Shown here: in pieces, positions 61,347 to 64,000 of the stretch | Numbering within the stretch: position 1 is the first letter of the stretch | Layout of the letters: the number at the start of each line of letters is the position of its first letter | Assembly: GCA_963816185.1 (NCBI GenBank) | Contig: CAWFJJ010000024.1 | Span: 672,001-736,000, forward strand | Reading direction: 5' to 3' | Source of the DNA: Thermoanaerobaculia bacterium | GTDB lineage: Bacteria; Acidobacteriota; Thermoanaerobaculia; UBA5066 | Length of the DNA: 64,000 nt | Program-made: the position numbers and the translations under genes | Notes under the pieces: model-generated | Seen by the model: only the letters and a program-made list of their open reading frames with translations | What the model was told of the DNA's origin: nothing | Databases searched by the model: none

Positions 61347-61404
61347 GCCTAACAATATCAAGCTCAGCGGCGAGCGTAGTGAGCCCGCTGCAGCGTTGTT
61401 AGGC
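61347..61404 (-). other. integron attC site (58 bp)
   Basis: Minus strand GCCTAAC-AACGCTGCAGCGG...CCGCTGAGCTTGATATT-GTTAGGC; the TAA of the upstream cassette gene lies in the first box. Confidence 0.88.
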
Positions 61405-61920
61405 GCCGCGAATCCACGGGAGAGTGCGCTTAGCAAAGGCGAGGCGTCCGAGCAGGAGATGAAAGACAAGGGATCCGAGGCAAAAACCACCAAAGACGAG
61501 CGCCCCCACGGCGAGAACGAAAAGGACCTCGAGGACAATCGCGGTCACATGGAAGCCGAGGAGCAGCGAAACGCCGATCGCTAGCGCGAATGTTCCTGCC
61601 ATGCCTTGGGCAAACCTACGGGGGCCAGGAGCCGGTGAGAGCGTGATGCGACCCGGCCCGGCCGCTGCGATCCGATTGTAGAGCGCATCGAACGGGTTCC
61701 AACGAGGGAAGAGCGCGCTCCACCAAAGGACCCCTCCGAGAGCCAGGAAGATCAACGGCGCCTTGAGGACGACAGCCACAAGAACGACCGAGGCGACGAG
61801 CCGCGGCTGAAAAAGAAGTGCGGAGTACTGAACCGGGCAGATTGCTGCAGACGGCTCCTCAAACCCCTGCTGGAGAATGAAGTTGCGCTTGAGGCCGGCG
61901 ACAGCAAAGGTCGGGTCCAT
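61399..61920 (-). CDS. DUF4395-like membrane protein (gene cassette)
   Basis: PGPRRFAQGMAG, GGFCLGS; four TMs; stop inside attC. Confidence 0.78.
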   Translation of the reverse strand: MDPTFAVAGLKRNFILQQGFEEPSAAICPVQYSALLFQPRLVASVVLVAVVLKAPLIFLALGGVLWWSALFPRWNPFDALYNRIAAAGPGRITLSPAPGPRRFAQGMAGTFALAIGVSLLLGFHVTAIVLEVLFVLAVGALVFGGFCLGSLVFHLLLGRLAFAKRTLPWIRGA

Positions 61921-62071
61921 AGATAAGGCCTTCCAGCGGCGCCTAAGGATATCGTTTCAATGAAGACGAGAAAAGGGCTGTCCTCGCCGACGTGGTCACC
62001 GAAGAATCGGGCCACAACGATTAACGGGGTCAACCTCCGAGGAGGTGCCCCAAGCAAGGGAGGACAGCCCG

Positions 62072-63175
62072 ATGAAATCTTATGTGGGACTGGACGTTCA
62101 CAGCAAGTCGAGCGTTTTCATGATTCAGAACGAGCGGGGAGAGGAGCTGGGACGAGGCGAGGTGCCGACCTCTGTGGAAGGGTTTTCCTCGTTGCGGCTA
62201 CGTTTCAAGCTTCGCGCCTCGACGCTGGTGGCTCTCGAATCGGGGACGATGGCGTTTTTTGCGGCGCGAAAGCTTAGTGAGCTGGGGCTTTCACCCGTCG
62301 TGGTGGATGCGCGAGAGGTCAGGATCAAAGCCCATCGGCCCCGGCAGAAAAGCGACACGAGAGACGCCGTTGAACTGTGCGAAGGCCTGCGGCGTGGAAT
62401 CTACCGGTCGATCGTGCATGTGCCGCCGGAGAAGATCGAGCACCTTAGAAATACCCTCTCGAGGCGCCGCCATTTCGTGCGTCTCGGGACGGCGCAGATC
62501 AACGCGGCGAAAAAGATGCTCCGGAGCGCGGGGCTCTCCGAGCTCAGCCGCCAGCATCTCGGGACCCTTCGCGCGTGGCAGCGCCTTCTTGGGGCCCTGG
62601 TTCCACATCCGCAGGTAAGGAGCTACGTCGAGCTTCACCACCGCGCCTGGCAGACTGCCCTCGAGCAGAAGAACGCGTGCGAGAAGAGCCTCGAAAGCCA
62701 GCACGCCGCCTTCGGCGAAGACCTCGAGAGACTCAAAACCGTTCCAGGAGTCGGGGAGATCGTGGCGCTGACGGCAATCGCTGTCTTCTCAGACGCCACG
62801 CGCTTTCCGACCGCCAAGCATGCGGCGAGCTACGCGGGGCTCGTCCCGCAAACCTACCAGTCGGGCGAAACGAACCGCCAGGGCCACATCACCAGGACGG
62901 GTTCGCCGGAGCTGCGGGCCATGCTCGTGCAGGCGGCTCACACGGCCAGGCGGCAAAGCAGCCCACTGAATCCGTTTCTGAGAACTCTCACGTTGCGCCT
63001 GGGGACACGCCGCGCTGTCACGGCCGTGGCGCATCGTCTCTGTCGGGTTCTTTACGCGATGCTTCGAGACAAGACGAGCTTTGATCGATCGATGCTGAAA
63101 GCCCACGAGCCGCGCACGGCGGTAAAGGATGCCCGGATCTATCGACTGAAACCTCAAGCGGCAAAGAGCCGCTGA
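62072..63175 (+). CDS. IS110-family DEDD transposase/recombinase
   Basis: YVGLDVHS, VALES, KSDTRDA, TVPGVG, YAGLVP..QSG, AVAHRL. Confidence 0.95.
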   Translation: MKSYVGLDVHSKSSVFMIQNERGEELGRGEVPTSVEGFSSLRLRFKLRASTLVALESGTMAFFAARKLSELGLSPVVVDAREVRIKAHRPRQKSDTRDAVELCEGLRRGIYRSIVHVPPEKIEHLRNTLSRRRHFVRLGTAQINAAKKMLRSAGLSELSRQHLGTLRAWQRLLGALVPHPQVRSYVELHHRAWQTALEQKNACEKSLESQHAAFGEDLERLKTVPGVGEIVALTAIAVFSDATRFPTAKHAASYAGLVPQTYQSGETNRQGHITRTGSPELRAMLVQAAHTARRQSSPLNPFLRTLTLRLGTRRAVTAVAHRLCRVLYAMLRDKTSFDRSMLKAHEPRTAVKDARIYRLKPQAAKSR

Positions 63176-63372
63176 AGACGAAGAAAGGAAAAGCACGCCG
63201 CAAATCTTGCCGAGAATCGGGTGGATGACCCTGCTGCTGAGCATTGGGCCGCAGAGCCCGGGATATCGTTTGGGGCGCCATCCGCTGAAGTGATACGTGG
63301 GGCTCTGACCCCGAATGGACGAGTGGCCGGCTGTTTCGTGCGGCGCAAGCAAGAAATTATTCAGCGAGGGGC
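63176..63372 (+). ncRNA. putative seekRNA/bridge RNA region of the IS1111-type element
   Basis: ~200-nt non-coding region 3' of the transposase, the position known for IS1111 members; stem CAGAGCCC/GGGCTCTG; short matches to the attC target. Confidence 0.55.
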
Positions 63373-63491
63373 TTGACAGGAATCTTCATGGGCAAGCTCA
63401 GCGGCGAGCGCAGCGAGCGAGATGGGATGAGAAGGCCGGTCTCCCCGGCGCAGTCGGAAAATTCGCTGCAGGAAGAAAACGGGCTTGAGGC

Positions 63492-63819
63492 TGCTCTGCT
63501 CCCCAATTTACTAGACAGGTGAAGATTGAAGTTTAAGTTCACGAAACTCCATGGGCGAAAGCATGCCGAGGGAAGAGTGGGGGGCGATGCGGTTGTAGTC
63601 GTCGATTCAGGCGGGGAGCTGCCGGATGACGGTTTCGGCGTCTGAAAGATCGGCGACCTGGGCGTAGTCATGCTTGATCGTGTTCACGAAGGCTTCGGCC
63701 ATTCCGTTGGACTCGGGGCTGTAGGCCGGCGTCGTCAGTGGAAACTCCGCCATAACGGCTCGCCTTTCTGGATCCGATTCTGGACCCGGAAGTGTCTAGC
63801 CGAGATGGGGGGCAGAGCA
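63492..63819 (-). mobile_element. internally deleted IS3-family element (328 bp)
   Basis: Imperfect IRs TGCTCTGCTCCCCAATTTACTAGACA / TGTCTAGCCGAGATGGGGGGCAGAGCA; integrase-core fragment YSPESNGMAEAFVNTIKHDY...YNRIAPHSSLGMLSP with an internal stop. Confidence 0.8.
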
Positions 63820-63963
63820 ACGAGGCTCCCGGTCGGCTGAGAGAGTGACGAGCAGGAGCCCCGCGATGACGCCTAGTGCAAGGCCGACGATGAACACTGC
63901 GGCTGTTCGCGCGCGTTGGGTCACGAGCCGACCTCCCTCAATTACATGTGGAGTGGAAGGCAT
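63820..63963 (-). pseudogene. 5' part of a cassette gene (one TM) interrupted by the mini-IS3
   Basis: ATG just after GTTAGGC; TM AVFIVGLALGVIAGLLLV; frame runs into the IS3 IR. Confidence 0.45.
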
Positions 63964-63968
63964 TCGCA

Positions 63969-64000
63969 GCCTAACGGGTGGCGCGTCAGCGGCGAGCAAC
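63969..64000 (-). other. partial attC site (array continues beyond the window)
   Basis: GCCTAAC...TCAGCGGCGAGC, as in the other attC sites. Confidence 0.7.

Larger units (their letters stand above)
61954..63393 (+). mobile_element. IS110/IS1111-family insertion sequence inserted in an attC site
   Basis: Removing it restores GCCTAAGGATATC|AAGCTCAGCGGCGAGCG, matching the intact attC at 61347; subterminal IRs ATGAAGA/TCTTCAT; no target duplication; joined ends give TTGACA-N17-TTCAAT. Confidence 0.9.

Noticed and set aside
63487-63826. GAGGC as a target-site duplication of the mini-IS3
   Set aside because: The right-hand copy is offset by 2 nt from the IR, so it is not a clean duplication.

Overview
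High-GC bacterial chromosomal window. The gene repertoire (kinase-TolB-TPR, wHTH-FHA regulator, a secreted protein with a GxNGTFFxTD...YAxVIDN domain) suggests Acidobacteriota/Thermoanaerobaculia; this is inference only. The backbone (1-38.8 kb, 50.4-58.5 kb) carries a sugar ABC operon, a B12 radical SAM protein, queD-surE-pcm-acylphosphatase-EAL, YgfZ, NYN, NUDIX, an unusual SPFH/TPR/atypical-phosphorelay cluster, an archaeal-type GAPDH homologue, TrmH, an aminotransferase, an S9 peptidase, an acyl-CoA ligase and livHMGF. There are two accessory regions. (i) 38.9-50.4 kb is a type I R-M defence island: frameshifted hsdM, hsdS, a TIR protein, a pRiA4b-ORF3-like gene, MNT-HEPN, HsdR fused to an S24 peptidase, and TIR-wHTH-TPR. 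(ii) 58.5-64 kb is an integron-type attC cassette array with no integrase in the window, invaded by an attC-targeting IS1111/IS110 element, a mini-copy of it and a mini-IS3. The most unexplained signal is a ~25-30 bp AT/purine-rich motif (core GATTTCTTMGAA) seen about 16 times, mostly as inward-facing inverted pairs and often written in-frame into coding sequences. No tRNA, rRNA or CRISPR array was seen. All calls come from reading the sequence by eye; no database searches were run.
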